From: Pseudomonadota bacterium
GTDB lineage: Bacteria; Bdellovibrionota; FAC87; UBA2466
Length of the DNA: 25,956 nucleotides
Assembly: GCA_043718025.1 (NCBI GenBank)
Contig: JAYSWN010000136.1
Coordinates: 1-25,956, forward strand
Direction of reading: 5' to 3'
Shown: positions 25,858 through 25,956 of the stretch, piece after piece
Position numbering within the stretch: position 1 is the stretch's first letter
Layout: each line of letters starts with the position of its first letter
Translations under genes and position numbers: made by a program
Notes under the pieces: generated by a model
The model's input: only the letters and a program-made list of their open reading frames with translations
Database searches by the model: none
What the model was told of the DNA's origin: nothing

Positions 25858-25900
25858 AACGCCCCCCAACTCATGATGAATTTCAGAGGCTTAGTTTAGT

Positions 25901-25956
25901 GGGGGGCGACATTTTCGCTGGGGAAAAGGGGGGCGACAAAGTCGCCGGGTATTCAC
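25901..25956 (-). repeat. IS terminal inverted repeat upstream of the transposase (IRL)
   Basis: Minus strand reads GTGAATACCCGGCGACTTTGTCGCCCCCCTTTTCCCCAGCGAAAATGTCGCCCCCC. Confidence 0.85.

Larger units (their letters stand above)
24633..25956 (-). mobile_element. Insertion sequence, IS1202/ISNCY type (~1325 bp), last base probably just outside the window
   Basis: Starts TGTGA at 24633 and the window ends ...TTCAC. ~55-bp imperfect terminal inverted repeats enclose a single DDE transposase. Confidence 0.88.

Noticed and set aside
1..25956. CRISPR array, tRNA/rRNA or defence system
   Set aside because: No regularly spaced direct repeats, cloverleaf/T-loop motifs or recognisable defence genes were seen by eye; a covariance-model scan was not run.

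Overview
Bacterial chromosomal window of roughly 50% GC (by eye). Gene content and the sigma28/sigma54 promoter use suggest a diderm deltaproteobacterial/Bdellovibrionota-like organism (inference only). From left to right: the 3' end of a GH113-like gene; a 949-aa fused membrane/spermidine-synthase-like gene; a complete oppABCDF peptide ABC operon; a REC-GGDEF diguanylate cyclase; a putative outer-membrane beta-barrel; a YqaA/DedA protein; trxB coupled to a thimet-oligopeptidase-like M3 peptidase; an Rmd-like SDR; rfbBACD; a 97-bp palindromic REP/MITE-like element; kdsA-kdsD-gmhB; a three-gene accessory cluster of exported proteins (NIF-like HAD phosphatase, papain-like protease with an apparent Cys-His-Asp triad, Cys-rich lipoprotein with two unnamed ~75-aa repeats); and an IS1202/ISNCY-type IS whose end coincides with the window edge. 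Direct reading also reveals three correctly spaced sigma54 promoters, a consensus sigma28 promoter giving a near-leaderless mRNA, and a palindrome in the trxB promoter spacer. The best candidate for an undescribed system is the sigma54-bracketed exported-protein cluster at 21290-24513, but its functional unity is inference. No database searches were run.
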